Assembly: GCF_001194135.2 (NCBI RefSeq)
Contig: NC_068998.1
Location: 7,387,155-7,451,154, forward strand
DNA: 64,000 nt
Source of the DNA: Octopus bimaculoides
Lineage: Eukaryota
Direction: 5' to 3'
The first letter of the stretch is position 1. Every line of letters begins with the position of its first letter. Under the pieces are notes generated by a model. It worked only from the letters and a program-made list of their open reading frames with translations. It did no database searches and was not told the DNA's origin. Positions 25,141 through 39,924 of this stretch are shown here, one piece after another. A program made the translations under genes and the position numbers.

Positions 25141-25504
25141 ATTCTGCATTTCTGTCCCCCGTCCCTACTCACCCACCACTCTTGATATTAGTTATTCTTT
25201 TCTTTGTAATTCTCATCAGATTTTACAGCAAGCTCCATCTAGCATTCCTTTTGCTCTCCTTTTTTCCTCTTTACCTTGTGCCTCTACGCGCGTGTGTGTG
25301 TGTGTGTGTGATTTTATTCACCTCTTCTTACCTCGTGCTCTTATATACTTACCAGCCTCCAAGACCTGGCTATTACCACTCATTTTGTTATTTCAACTGA
25401 CCTCAGTCTTACTTCTAACACCCTTCCTCTGCCCACTTCCCTCACCCTTTACTTCCTTCCACACCATTTACCCCACATGCTACTCACACCATCTCTTCCT
25501 GATT

Positions 25505-25650
25505 TTTCCTTCTTCTTCTTCTTCTTCTTCTACTTCTTCTTCTTCTACTTCCTCTCCTTTTTCTTCTTCTACTTTTTCTTCTTCTACTTCCTCTTCTTCT
25601 TCTTCTTCTTCTTCTTCTTCTTCTTCTTCTTCTTCTTCTTCTTCTTCTTC
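25505..25650 (+). repeat. (TTC)n microsatellite
   Basis: Direct observation. Confidence 0.97.
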
Positions 25651-27479
25651 TCCTTCTACTTCTTCTCCCTATCATTTATTTTATCTTTCACTTGCAAGTT
25701 TATGACCAAAGTAATAACACATCTATGTAGTTCCCCACCACCATCACCATCACCATCACCATCACCACCACCACTACCACCACCACTTCTGTCTCTCCAA
25801 AGAACAAATGGCCAAATTATTAGGTACCTTCCCTTCTTTGTCAAATCAACTCCATGAACTTTTCTAAAAGCCCTCCTACAAGTAAGCACATTAATTAGTA
25901 TAACTCCACCAAGTTATTCTTGGCTTCTTCTATAGAAAGATGTAAAAAGGCCGCTGGCACTAAAGCACCTTTACTAAAATGTCTGGCAAAAGAGCATGGA
26001 TTTTAGAATAATTGCATCTTTAAGTGAGGGAAGGCCTGGATACTGTCACCTAGTTTGATAGAAAATGATAATTCTTTTCATTTTATCTTTTGCGATAAAA
26101 TAGTTGCTTTAAAGTGAAGTATCTTCGGTCCTGAACACTAGAAGGTGTTTATTATCCCATTTATTTTGTATTTTTCACACTTTACAGAAGAACGCATTGA
26201 AATCTAGGGAAATATGACTTCTTTATTCACTTTTTATATTAACTTTCGTAAAGGTTGGGGCAGAAATGAGTTGAGAGAGTGGCTAAACATTAAAACCAAC
26301 AACAGATGTGTGTAGGAGAAATGACAACTGTGTTGGAACATAGATATGTGGTATGAATGGACAATTAGCGCTGGGTCATGATGATAATGACAGAAGAACA
26401 CTCCAAAGACATGGAAAGAAATGATAGAACTAAATTCAGTTGAGAGGACACAAGAATGAGGTTATAGATAATCTATCAGTACAGCAAATCTGTCCAAAGC
26501 CTATAAACATGGAAAAGTGGATGTTAAAATAATGTTGATATTGATGATGGCACTGACAATGATGATGATGATGATGATGATGGCATCTTGACTATGTCTG
26601 CATCCAGAGGCTAACTATGGCATCTGTAATAGTGTTGTTACTTGTTACATCTTCTGTGTAACATATTTAAAATTGTTAATGATATAACGATTAATCATGA
26701 TGTACTTTATGTAGAAGTAATATATTTATAATTTCAGAAATTTCCCCCTTTTTTACTGTTGTGTTAATTTGTTGATTAAATATATTTAATAATTAGCTGA
26801 ACAACAATATGGAAGCATTAAATAATAAAGAAAAATACAAATTAAAATAATAAACAAAAAGAAAACTAATAAGCATCGGGAACAGATGAGGAAGAAGACG
26901 AAAAGCAAGACAAGGGAAAAGATGAGGAAAAGATGTAAAGAAGAAAAGAAAATAGATAAATATAAGAGGAAGAAGATGCAGACGATGAAAAATAATAGGC
27001 AGGGATGAAGGAAACGAGAGGTAAAAAGTTGAAGTAGAAGATAAAGAAGATGAGGAACAAAAAGAAAAAGACGACAAAAGATGAGGAAAATGATAAGAAT
27101 AATCAAAACAAGTTAAAGATAAAGATGTAGAGAATAGTGAAGACAAGGAGGAAAAGAATCAGAAGAGGAGAAATGTAAAGAGAATAGGAAGAAGAGGGTA
27201 AAAGAAAAGGGGAAAGAAAAATAAAGAGAAGAAGAAGGAAAGTGCAGAAAGTAAAAAGTAAAAGATTTGAAAGAAAAAAAAGAGAGGGAAAATAAGAAAG
27301 AGAATTTGAAGAAATTGAAATACTTTATATTTCTATAGTTGGTTGCTTAAAAAGTTAAGTAATAAAATCTGTTTCTTCTTTGGGATATTGTTGCTTTTGT
27401 TTGAATTCCAAGCAGTTGAATTACAGGTTGCAATGAGCATCTTGGTGGATTGATATGGTGAATAGCTTAATTAAACATT

Positions 27480-28230
27480 ACACTCTGCACCGAGAAGAAA
27501 AGATATGAAAGAGAAGAATCAGAAGTGTCAAATGAATGAGTGGACAGACGTTAGAAGAGACCTTTGTTAACAGAATATAACTTTGAAGAGAATTCTTATA
27601 TAAACGAAGATTATAGTGATCTACAAAAGTGTGATGGACAGAGCTTCTCTGGGGAGCAGAGTACTGCTTAGTGAGAATTGTGTTGATAAGATGATTCACA
27701 ACAAATATACACAAACAAGCAGGGAAGAAAAGTACATTTCAGAATGCAGAAAAAGACTACTGGGGAAGTATTTGCAGAAAAATGTTTACATAGACCAAAT
27801 TTATCTTGGATGATATGAAGATTTATGGTAAGTAGTAGGGAAACTTGACATTTGCCAGAGGCTGGCCATTTTCAGGTAACTAATTTAATCTGATATGAAG
27901 AATTTGTGTAGCAAGATAAAGATCATGGGAATAAAAAAAAAAGAATAAAAAATAATAATAATAAATAAATAAAGATAACACTGATCAAGAGAACAACCAG
28001 AAAAATACAAATGATCAAAGTTATGAAATAAAATCTTATCAATAAGTGTAATTCCCTTATAGCAGATATCAGATTCTAATAAGATACATCTTCAAAGGTT
28101 ACACACATCAAGTGATCTTACAAAAAGATGGAAGCATAATTCAAGACAGACTCTACATATTATGGAGAACAACATATATCAAATAGAAAAGAAATATATT
28201 TATCCAAAGAATGCGAATGCATGTTAAAGA
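27480..28230 (+). mobile_element. Highly decayed non-LTR RT remnant
   Basis: FILDDMKIYG at about 27797-27830 resembles the (Y/F)MDDxKLY catalytic motif of R4/RLE-type LINEs. Surrounding frames are purine-rich and full of stops. Confidence 0.4.
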
Positions 28231-29329
28231 AGTTCTAATGAAACTTCTAAACAGCTTTTGTTGAGGTATTACAGAAATTGATGTATTGTAAAGGAAAGTA
28301 GCCAATATTTCAAGTGTGTTTGTGTATATATGTGAAGTATATATAATCAGATATGTTCATATATATATACATATATATGCAAACAGGTAAAAGTAGATAC
28401 TAGGTTACTGCTTTACACAGGCCTCTGTGTCTTTTGAACATGGCCTCTACTTGTATTCATGTACTTAGAGAAAGCTCTAAAATAAAAAAAAAAACTGATG
28501 CGCTACTTGTAAAAGATTACTGCTTCTTATTTGTTTGAATGTGAAATAAGAAGTGTGAAAGAAAAAGAGGGGTGTGAGTGATGAGAAAGAGAAAAAGGAA
28601 GTGGAGAGATCAAGAAAGTGAAGAAGAGAAAGAGAAAGATTTGGGGAAAAAAGGTGAACAGTTGAGAGAAAGAGAGATGTAATGGTGCTTGTGTGAGAAA
28701 GGGAGAGAGAGAATAACTTAGTGAGTGAAAGAGGGCAGTGGGTGAATGTACAACTGACAGATGTTTATGTGTAATAGAGAAAGACAAGAATAATCAAGAG
28801 GAAACAGAACTGCACGAGTGTAATAAAATAATAGGAAGCAATCCTAAATACTGTAGAACCTTAAACCAAAAGACCTAATTGATCAACTTTGACTGGACTG
28901 ATGCAGGAACCATCTATGACCCCCTGCAGTATTATAAGACACAATACATCTTTCAGCTGTAAATCAAAGTACTTCCTGCATTCTATATTCTTGAGGATAA
29001 GTCAGTAAATAAAACAGGTAATCCAGAACATGAGGAGTCTAGGCTTTGGTCTGTGTCAGCAAAAGTAAAATTAGAAATAGACAATATCATGAGAGGTAAA
29101 AAAAAAAAGAAGTCACAAAGCTAGATAGTGTATTGTGCTATTAGTTGTAAAGAAATAGGTCTTAACATTTCAAGTAGGAAGCCCTTTGTCAAGATCTTTA
29201 TCGTTTCTCATCTTTATGAGAAAAGTTGAAAAATTTAGAAAAAGATTAGTTTGTGTATGCTATTGTGTGAGTCCGAAACATTGAAGCTTATTTCTTATCC
29301 TCATGAAATAATATATATTAACATTATCA

Positions 29330-29682
29330 CTGGCTGATGTCAGTGCCACCTGACTGGTTCCTTGTGGTGATGGCACATAAAAGGCACCATCCTAATGTGG
29401 TCGATGCCAGTGCCCACTGATTGGCTCCCCTGTGCCAGTGGGACATAAAAAGCACCATCTGAACGTGGTCGATGCCAGTGCTGCCTGACTGGCTCCCGTG
29501 TCGGTGGCACATAAAAAGCACCCACTACACTCTCAGAGTGGCTGGCGTTAGGAAGGGCATCTAGCTGTAGAAACCTTGCCAGATCAGATTGGAGCCTGGT
29601 GCAGCCTACTGGCTTGCCAGTCCTCAGTCAAATTATCCAACCCATGCCAGCATGGAAAATGGACATTAGAAGATGATGATGA
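29330..29682 (+). mobile_element. SINE-like family C with about 3 tandem 67-68 bp units
   Basis: Units start at 29343, 29410 and 29478 (gtgcc..ctgactgg..tggcacataaaa.gcacc), followed by the standard 3' end and (gat)n. Confidence 0.88.
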
Positions 29683-29830
29683 TTGTTGCATCTTTTGAAT
29701 TGAAACATTGCCTTATAGATTATAGATGAGATATCTTGTAAAAAAAGTGCAACCAAATTTTAAGTGTGGCAACTTAAAGTGTTGCTAACATAATATTCGT
29801 CTGAAGGGACAATGATTCATACCCTGTTAA

Positions 29831-30270
29831 GGCAGCGAGCTTACAGAATCATAAGCACACCGGGTGAAATGCTGAGTGGTATTTCATCTGTCTTTACATT
29901 CTGAGTTCAAATTCCGCCAAGTTCAACTTTGCCTTTCATCTTTTCAGAGTAGATAAATTAAGTACCAGTTGTATACTGGAGTTGATCTAATCAACTGGCC
30001 CCTCCACAAAAATTTCAGGACTTGTACCTAGAGTACAAAAGAATATTTTTCCTATACAAAGGCAGCGTGCTGGTAGAATCATTAGCTTGCTGGGCGAAAT
30101 GCTTAGCGGTATTTTGTCTGTCTTTACATTCTGAGTTCAAATTCCACTGAGGTCGACTTTCCTTTCATCCTTTTGGGGTAGATAAATTAAGTACCAGTTG
30201 TCTACTGGAGCCGATCCAATCAACTGGCCCCCATCCCCAAAATTTCGGGCCTTGTGCCTAGAATAGAAAA
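29831..30270 (+). mobile_element. Two family B SINEs in direct tandem (29831-30045 and 30061-30270)
   Basis: Both have a ggcagcg head, ctgagttcaaattcc and a gtgcctaga/gtacctaga..aaaaga tail. Confidence 0.9.
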
Positions 30271-30340
30271 GATTCATATCCTGTAATTAGCACTGATATA
30301 TGTCCATGAATCAAATAAGAGTCTTGATTAATTCTCATAG

Positions 30341-30389
30341 TAGTGAAAATCAAAATGCTATGCAAGCTGTAGTTCAACACTATAAGCAG
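30341..30389 (+). CDS. Candidate internal exon (S-SENQNAMQAVVQHYKQ)
   Basis: aattctcatAG (NAGNAG) acceptor and CAG|GTAGAG donor. Phase 2 to 0 would bridge the 22926-23101 and 31093-31139 exons. Confidence 0.3.
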
Positions 30390-31092
30390 GTAGAGCATTG
30401 TATAACTGATGAGTGTTTTGACAGGTTTCAGGGTTTTTGAAAAGAGACGGTTTCTTCCAGGCAAACTGAATTACATGATGACAAAGACTTCAAGTGGAGC
30501 CACTGTGGTTCAATATTAATAGATGTATCATAGCTATATGTGATGACATGCTGTGATATTCATGCCTTTCTTATCTAGCAATGAGTAAAAACCCAAAATG
30601 CCTTACAACACAGTCATAAAGAGAATAAGTCTGGTTTTATTAACGTACATTGATTTTGTACAAAAACCCAAATAGAAGAGAATTGCTAACTTTGTAGTTA
30701 ACTTATGTAGAGACTAATAAATATATCTGATCAATCATTAAATAAAAAAGGAAAAAAACAAAAAAAGAATAAAACAAAACTCACTGGCTATCGATTTCTG
30801 TAGTAGTTTCATAACGAATAATAAATATTAATAAATATTGTTAGATAATCATATTAAATGATCAGTGATTCTGCAAAATATTTCTTTGACAATGTGTATG
30901 AGTAAATAAATGTTTTATAGAAACCTATTATAAAATATTTCCTCTCCTTCTCGCACAATATGATTAATATATTTTTTCCAGAGTCCTTAGAAGTAGATTT
31001 TTCTCAAAGTGATGACAAATGTAATTGCTGTCTCTCTGGAGGATAAACTATATTATATTCATTTATAAATTTTCTGTAAATAATTTAATCAG

Positions 31093-31139
31093 AGGATGAA
31101 GGACGATGCCTGCAACCTTTTCACACTTTCTGAAGAATG
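31093..31139 (+). CDS. Candidate internal exon (RMKDDACNLFTLSEE-W/C)
   Basis: aatttaatcAG acceptor and TG|GTGAGA donor; only phase 0 is open. Confidence 0.5.
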
Positions 31140-31230
31140 GTGAGATTATTGCAGTTGAATTTTAAATTTCAACATCATTGGTTCAATATCTGCAGATAAA
31201 AAAAAGACACAATAAAGACAAGGGCGATGA

Positions 31231-31647
31231 GGCTTAGGAGTGGCTGTGTGGTAAGTAACTTGCTTACGAACCGCATGGTTCCGGGTTCAGTCCCACTGCA
31301 TGGCACCTTGGGCAAGTGTCTTCTACTATAGCCTCGGACTGACCAAAGCCTTGTGAGTGGATTTGGTAGACGGAAACTGAAAGAAGCCCGTCGAATATAT
31401 GTATATATATGTATGTGTGTGTGTATATGTTTGTGTGTCTCTGTTTGTTCCCCCCCTCCCAACATCATGTGACAACCGATGCTGGTGTGTTTACATCCCC
31501 TGTAACTTAGTGGTTCGGCAAAAGAGACTGATAGAATATGTACTAGGTTTACAAAGAATAAGTCCTAGGGTCAATCTTCTCGACTTCAGGCGGTGCTCCA
31601 GCATGGCCACAGTCAAATGACTGAAACAAGTAAAAGAGTAAAAGAGG
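31231..31647 (+). mobile_element. SINE family A, full length
   Basis: Complete head-core-microsatellite-tail arrangement. Confidence 0.92.
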
Positions 31648-31719
31648 GAATTCCAAAAGGCTGCATGTTGTATGAGAGAAAATGTTCAGTATAGTATGGG
31701 CTGTAAAATGATGCACAGG

Positions 31720-31876
31720 CAGGGATGGCTCAAGGTGCTGGCAACTTGGGCAGTCACCCAGGGCACCATGTGCTAGGGGTTGCCAAGGAGGGCGTGACAA
31801 AGACAAGGAAATTTTCAGGACCATCAGATTGTACATGCTGAAGTTCAGTTTGCCCGGGGTGCCAGCAACCCTAGGG
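31720..31876. mobile_element. GC-rich MITE-like element with degenerate TIRs
   Basis: Left caggg..ggtgctggcaacttgggc versus right gcccggggtgccagcaacccta. Confidence 0.5.
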
Positions 31877-32119
31877 TACAGGAGAATAGACAGGAGAGCC
31901 TGGGTGAAAATAGAAAAGATAGGTGGATTTTTGTGGAGAAGGTGTTCAGCTGGTTATGTTTAGTGGTGAAAGAAAAAGTAAAGAGACAAAACCGAACACC
32001 TGGAAGCGAGTAGGTGGATCATGTTGATTAAGTAATCATTAAGCAGTGAATATAGAAGGTATGCAGGTACAAAAAATAAAATGCTAATTAGCTTCAAGAA
32101 AAGCTTTTGGCTAATATAT

Positions 32120-32140
32120 GTGTGTGTATATAAATATATG

Positions 32141-32176
<36 letters not shown>

Positions 32177-32330
32177 CATACATACATACGTACATACATA
32201 TGTACATACATACATATGTACATACATACATACATACATACATACAAACATACATTCGTACATACATATATACATACGTACATGCATACATTCATACATA
32301 CATAGATGCATGCATACATGCATGTATATA
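32120..32330 (+). repeat. (TA)n/(CATA)n microsatellite
   Basis: Direct observation. Confidence 0.95.
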
Positions 32331-33329
32331 TTGAATTGCTTAATGAAATACATACAAAATTTGCTTTGAACAGGTACAAAAATTTCTCTAAAGCAAATGA
32401 TTCTTTACAGATATATGATAAGCCAGGTAAAACTCAGGTAGTAATTTAAATACACTTCATTCTGTAAAACTTCCTGAATGGCTTTTAATCTGGGTGATGT
32501 ATGAAGTACATTTTTAAATGCTGGCTTCACCAAAATGACTTAACATTTTTCTTTTCTTTCTATATACATTTAGTATGATGGCATTTCACAAACAACACTT
32601 GCTCAAGATGCCATGCAGTGGGACTGAACCTGACACCATGTGGTTGCGAAGCAAGCTTCTTACCACACAACCACTCCTACACCTATGCCACTCCTGCACC
32701 TAAACAAATTCAACAGATACTTTAAAATATGAAAAGCATGCTTAAATTTTAAAAAGTATCAAGGTGGCGCACATAACAAAACAATACGTATGCTCACCAG
32801 CCAGGGTTCATATAAACTAAACAGATTTGCAAAATTCTTTAAGGGACTTTTTGAAAACGAGAAGAGTTCTAACAGGTTTTGGCAGAGAAATTTGATCAAA
32901 TCATTATTACAAAACACATTTCAATCTTAACGAAAATTCCTTCAAACTCACAAAAAAAAAAAAATAAATAAAAGATAATTTTGTTTGTTCATAATAACTT
33001 CCATTATTAATTATTAATAGTGTGCTATTTTAAATAATTAAACGTTATAATTGCACAAGACTTAAAAAATATGATATGTCATTAATTTAATTCATTAATT
33101 TCCTTTATAAAAGACTGTTTTCTGTTTAAAGTTTGTTTTGATTAAGTAAACACAATAATGAAAATATTTTTTATCTAAATTTTAGAAAATTTCAGTAACT
33201 GTAATCAAAACTTTCTTATTTCATCTTTTTTTTTTTTCGGCAAAAAAATCAAAACGTTTTAATGAATCTACTCTCAGATTTGCCAATTATGAGAACAACA
33301 TACATTCATTAGCAGTTTTTTCAGTTCCT

Positions 33330-33480
33330 AATTTTAGCACAAGGCCTGAAATGTGGGACGGAGGTTAGTTGATAGTGTCAACCACAATGCTTGACTGGTA
33401 CTTTATTTTACCAACCCTCAAGGAATGAAAAACGAAGTTGGCCTTGATGGGATTTCAATTTACAACATAAAGGAAGGCAG
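33330..33480 (-). mobile_element. Decayed family B SINE
   Basis: gactggtactttatttaccaaccctcaaggaatgaaaaacgaagttggcc matches family B in reverse. Confidence 0.65.
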
Positions 33481-36199
33481 AATATTTACCGTAATTTGTC
33501 CAATGCTTTAAAAATTTTTGCCAATCTAAATATATCAACAAATAATGTGTTAAAATTATCATTCAGCAGGACAATCATGGAGCACTTTAAAATCTTTTAC
33601 ATATTTCTGTCTTCCAGAAAGATTATTAACTGGATCCAAAACAGGAGCCTTAACATAATGGAGGCTTGAAGAGAACTGGAGTGAATTGGTTGTGAACAAT
33701 TCTCTGCCTTTCACAAATCAATTGCTATGTCTTTAGACCCTCAAGTCATTTCAATTTACGAGCTGTGAGCTATCTTATGTTGTCAGATTCAATAACCATT
33801 TGATCTCAGTCTCATAATACAAAGTGATACTAGTTTGTCAAGCAACTTATCATGTAACTCCTTCTGTGTCAAGCAGATAACTGATAGTAATTACTGACAA
33901 ACCTTAGAGTTTTCCCATGCCTTCTTTCAAAGTTGAGGTGAGGGACAATGGAGTTATTCCCCTTCCCACAATAGACAGCCATAGTGTGTATCTAATAACA
34001 TAAACATTTTCCTCCCACCCAGAATACAAGTAAATTCCATAAAACCATTAACGATTATAAGCATCAATATAAAGTACAAAATGAAGAGGAAATAACTTCA
34101 AAACACCGGGGAAAAAATGATGAGAACTAACTGAAATGAATGAAATGTATTCAGAAAATAGAAAAATGATAGAGTCAGTAAAAGCAAATTATAATAATAT
34201 AGAAAAAATAAGTGAGAAGTTTTGGAAATATCTGAGAAATACTGGAAGATAGAGAAATGAGGAAATATTAGAAACACTAGAAATGATTTTAAGTAACTAA
34301 AAGGTTTTAAAGTAAGAGAGCAAAAGGACTGGAAAGGAATAATGGCTAAAAATATTGAGTGACAAATTGGAAAAAAATATTGAGACTATAGAAAAATAAA
34401 TGAAAATTGCTGAAACTATTTGAAATCAATGAAGAGGTAAAAACAAAAAATATTCATAACTGAAACACGGGAAGCAAACTCTGAAAAAGATAAGAAAATC
34501 CCAAATATGATCTAGAAGGATTGAAAACAGCTAAAAAGCTCTGAAAATTATGGAACAGGACTGGGAAATGAATGAAACTGATAAAAATTCTTGAAATGCA
34601 ACAAAATGGCTGGAAAAAATAAATAAAGGCACTGAAATAGTTGGGGAAAATGGAAGATGTCATGAAAATGAGTGAAACAATAGAAAATTTGGAAAATAAT
34701 GCTGAATGAAACAGACAAGGAATGAACACAGTTGAAAAGGATTTAAAAGAACAATGAAATGTTGAAAATACTCAAAAGAAAATTATAAAAAAATATTTAA
34801 AATTTCTGAAAAGGAAGTGAAAGATACATCATTGCAAAAATTTAGTATGTGCAACAGGCATGTGTAAATGTATTTCATTTTTCAATGTGTTTGTAAGTAT
34901 TTAATTAAAAGTTTCCAATCATACCACGGAAAACTTAAACCATTATGCTTCTTTTTTTTTTTTTTAAATCAATGTTAATACTTGCACATGGGTTTTGAAA
35001 GAAGCTAAAGATATTAAAAATGTAATAAATTAGAATGGGATTTCTAACCATGAAGAAGTTGATCACAGAAAAGTCCTTTTGGTTATTAAATTCATTTTTC
35101 CTTCGTAAAATGAAAAATGGAAAAAAAAAAGGAAGGAAAAATAGAAATAAAAACTGGAGATGAAAGTATATGGTTATAAAAAGAATGAGAAAAATCCTCA
35201 TGGAATTACAGAACATTTTCACAATATGCCAGCTCATGAGTGATATCAACGTAAGAGAAAAATAGATGGCAAAATATCAATTTGCTTCAGCAACTCTTAT
35301 TGGCTTATTCTCAGAAATATATTTTTCTTTTCCAAAAGGTAATTTTTCTCAATAAATCAAAACTTGTGTGAAAGGGTCACTTATTCATGCTTTATTTCTC
35401 AGAATTTATTGACAGCCCATGAATATTAGGAATTCACAAAGCTATCCTTTTGCAGAAACACATTCATGAATTTCTCCAACACACTTTGAAATCAATGCTA
35501 CAACAACAGAAGAAATTACACACACATATCTCCAAACTTCGGGTGTTTTTTTTTTTTGTTTTTTCAGGGAATATATTCCTGATACATATAGAATCAACTG
35601 ACAAACCTATCATAAGAATCAGCTTAACAAACCCAAGAACTAATAAATTTATCTAACACCTTATCTATTTCTGATAATGTTAACATGTACAATAATCCTT
35701 TCACAAACCATTGGGATTCATAAGGCCAATGTTAGTGTTAAGTAAAGTGGGGATAGCATAAGAGTCTATCAAAAGTCATATTTCCATAAGACGTAACCTA
35801 TATTCCGCGGTTAAGTAAAACTGTAACGGGCAATATAAAGTCTCTTTCACAGTGACAAATGAAATGTTTTCAATGTATTATAATCTCATAGTAGCAGTGT
35901 CAGAAGATTTATCTATTTAATATCATCATTGTTGTGGTGAAATCCTGACACCCTTGTGAGATAGCGAGTCAACTGTCCTAAACCACATAAAAGCATATAT
36001 ATGCACTGTCGGTGAAGGACAATGTGGTGCTTGCAGGTGCTTTGTGAAGGGAGTCATGAAAGTCATAGAGAAGAGATATTGTTTGTTACATGTTGTTCTG
36101 ATTTAAATTTGTAGTGTTATAATCTTGTCATATGTTTACGTTATAAAGTGGCATATACAGTGAGTTCAAAGAAGGACATAACAGTATTGACAAGACACA

Positions 36200-36430
36200 A
36201 CAATCATCATCATTTAACATCTGTTTTCATTGCTAGCATGGGTTGTACAGTTTGATCAGAGCTGGCAAACCTGAGAGCTGCACCAGACTCCAGTCTGATT
36301 AGGCATGGTTTTTATGGCTGAATGCCTTTCCTAATGCCAACAGCTTTGCAGAGTGTGGGCTGAGTGCTTTTATGTGGCACAGGCATGAGTGATTTTTATG
36401 TGGCACCAGCACAAGATTGTTGCAGGCCAA
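36200..36430 (-). mobile_element. SINE-like family C
   Basis: catcatcatttaacatctgttttcattgctagcatgggttg...gctgcaccagactcc...ttttatgtggcac. Confidence 0.8.
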
Positions 36431-36586
36431 TCCTCTTCACCAAAGGAGAGTGGCCTCTTCTACTGTGGAGTATGGATCTTCTTGAGTACAGCAAGGTGCC
36501 AGGTGTCTCAGTCTTTTGACATCTCAGCTGAAAGGTTCAGCATCCTTATGTCATCAATCCAAATAAATATTTATATTGTATATATA

Positions 36587-36997
36587 GGCACAGGAGTGGC
36601 TGTGTGGTAAGTAGCTTGCTTACCAACCACATAGTTTTGGGTTCAGTTCCACTGTGTAGCACCTTGGGCAAGTGTCTTCTACTATAGCCTCGGGTCGACC
36701 AAAGCCTTGTGAGTGGATTTGGTAGACGGAAACTGAAAGAAGCCTGTTGTATATATATGTATATATATGTGTATGTGTGTTTGTGTGTCTGTGTTTGTCC
36801 CCCCAACATCGCTTGACAACCGATGCTGATGTGTTTATGCCCCCGTAAACTTAGCGGTTTGGCAAAAGAGACCGATAGAATAAGTACTAGGCTTACAAAG
36901 AATAAGTCCTGGGGTCGATTTGCTCAACTAAAGGGGGTGCTCCAACATGGCCACAGCCAAATGACTGAAACAAGTGAAAGAATAAAATAATAAAAGA
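36587..36997 (+). mobile_element. SINE family A, full length
   Basis: Complete copy. Confidence 0.93.
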
Positions 36998-38049
36998 ATA
37001 ACTTCTCTAATTACTAATAAACTGCTTTTAAAGTATGATTGCACTGTGAATAACCATTCTATCTCCATTGAAGTCTCTTAATAAATCTTCTATACAGCCA
37101 CCCACAGTTTCCAACCATTCATTGATTGACATTACTAATTTGTTGTACAGCAAATCTAATTTGAAAATTAAGCTGTCTTGGGAAAGAAGATTTGAGATTT
37201 ACAAAAATGTTCAATTGTTTTGAAACACAGAAAACAGAAAGAGACAAGTGGAAAAGAAGTGAGGGTTATTTCCGTTTTCAAAAGAAAATATCTCACTATG
37301 TCCCACCAAAAGACCTTTTAAAAGAAGCCACTGCCGTTCAGACAAAGTTCATAAATGTTAGAATGTATCAATAATTATTTACACACTCTTCTCGCTTACT
37401 TTCGGCTTACCACACACATCTTTATTAGCCATTCATTCCATACATAACAAACATAAGTGAAAAATTTCCTTTTCTTTCATAAAACGTGATGAACATAGCA
37501 AAAGCACTTTAACCTCAAATTTCAATAGGTTTAGTTGTTTAGAAATAAATTCGCAGCAAATATTTTACACTTATTCTCTTTAGCATTCAGATGTTATATT
37601 TTTCTTCTTTCTTTTTTTTACCGCTTTTTTAAAACATTGTAAACATTTATACATTTATAGATAAAATAAAATAAAATGTTTTTGATTTTAAATAATTCAA
37701 CACTTTAAGGAAATGAATGTCACTCATTAATTGCTGAAGAGTAGCCCTAATTTCAACAGAGATCAAAATTTATTTGTTTTTGTTTTTGTTTTATTTTATA
37801 TCATGTCTTTCAATGTTGCAGACTTCAGGAAATCAGTATGCAAGCTAAAATGACACAAAAGCCCTGCTGACTTTCAACAAAAGGTGATAATGACTATGAA
37901 TAAAATATTTCTGATTCAGAACAGTAAGACATCAAGTGAGGTATATAAAACGTGGAAGATGGTTCGTTATCTTCTAAACCAGTACTGCTATGCTGAAATT
38001 TTCAACCACTTTTCGTAAATAGATTTTAACAGATTTACATTATATTAAA

Positions 38050-38076
38050 CTCTCTCTCTAGTACTCTCTCTCTCTT

Positions 38077-38107
<31 letters not shown>

Positions 38108-38138
38108 TTCTCTCTCTCTCACAAGCACATATATATAC

Positions 38139-38186
<48 letters not shown>

Positions 38187-38414
38187 GGATAGATGGATAG
38201 ATAGATACATAGATAGATAGGTAGATAGATAGCTATATATCACTGTATAACATACAAACTTACACAAACACACATAGAAACATACATGCATACACACATG
38301 CACACACATATAAAATGCTCGTGTGAGTTTATTTATATGCATCTGTGCACATGAATACCTGTGAATATATGAGTGTGTGCCTGTAGATAGATAGATAAAT
38401 AAATAGATAGATAA

Positions 38415-38451
<37 letters not shown>

Positions 38452-38460
38452 CACACACAC
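38050..38460 (+). repeat. (CT)n, (GATA)n and (CA)n compound microsatellites
   Basis: Direct observation. Confidence 0.95.
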
Positions 38461-39116
38461 ATGCACACACAATTCATTCACACAACATAAAAACAGGTAT
38501 CAAATTATTTCTAATATCACAATCTTTCCTTTGATCCAAGACATTTAGAATCTTAAAACAATATATTATAAAGACATAAATATGCGAATTGTTTTCCTAT
38601 CCAACTTCTAATGACACATCTATAATGCATTGCCAATTTTTGAGTTTAAAACTATTTCACATGAAAATAGCTATATTAACAACAAAAACATATACTTCAT
38701 AAAACAAACCTAATTCTTGTGAGCAAAATTCAATTTCGATACAAAATACACTTCTATCTACAGAGATTGAGCTCCTAAGGAAAGGATGTAATTACATTTC
38801 ACAAGAATTGCTTAACCAGGATGAAGTAATTTTCTTACATAAAAAAAGACATTCTATTTTCCTAAATTTTTGATTAAGATATTTATTATTCTACAAACTT
38901 GTTGGTTGTGAATTCAAATCTGCAAGAGATGTTTTATCAGGTTTCTAGTAAAGCGTTAAGAATACGTACTGCATCTTTTGAGAATCTTTCCTCTCACAGA
39001 CCACTTAGCTTCTCATGGAGTGACCTAATCTCATGTTCGTTTTACTTGGGAGAAGAAAATGTCAAGTTCTTGCAAGGTTTTTATTTTCAGGAATTCAAAG
39101 ACATATTTTATAAACA

Positions 39117-39577
<461 letters not shown>

Positions 39578-39837
39578 TACATATATATACACACACACAT
39601 ATATATATAAATATATATATATATACACACACACACATACTTTGTTTCCTATCACAAAATATATCAAAATTCCTATTACTATAGGGGTTAAAATAGATTG
39701 AACTTAATCTATCCTATACCAACAATAAAGAATAATTGATCTCTATTCATTAGATTACTAATTTACACCTGTTGATACAAAACCAATTTTACTCAGGTAA
39801 ATTGAAACACAGACTCAAACACACAAACTCTGTGTAT

Positions 39838-39889
<52 letters not shown>

Positions 39890-39924
39890 ATGGTTCTGTT
39901 TCCTGTGGACTTGAGGTGAATGAT

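Noticed and set aside
29343-29525. CRISPR-like array
   Set aside because: Degenerate 67-68 bp tandem units without unique spacers, internal to family C, in eukaryotic DNA.
37165-37374. Open frame KTERDKWKRSEGYFRFQKKISHYVPPKDLL...
   Set aside because: Protein-like, but several competing acceptors and donors and no resolvable phase; left uncalled.
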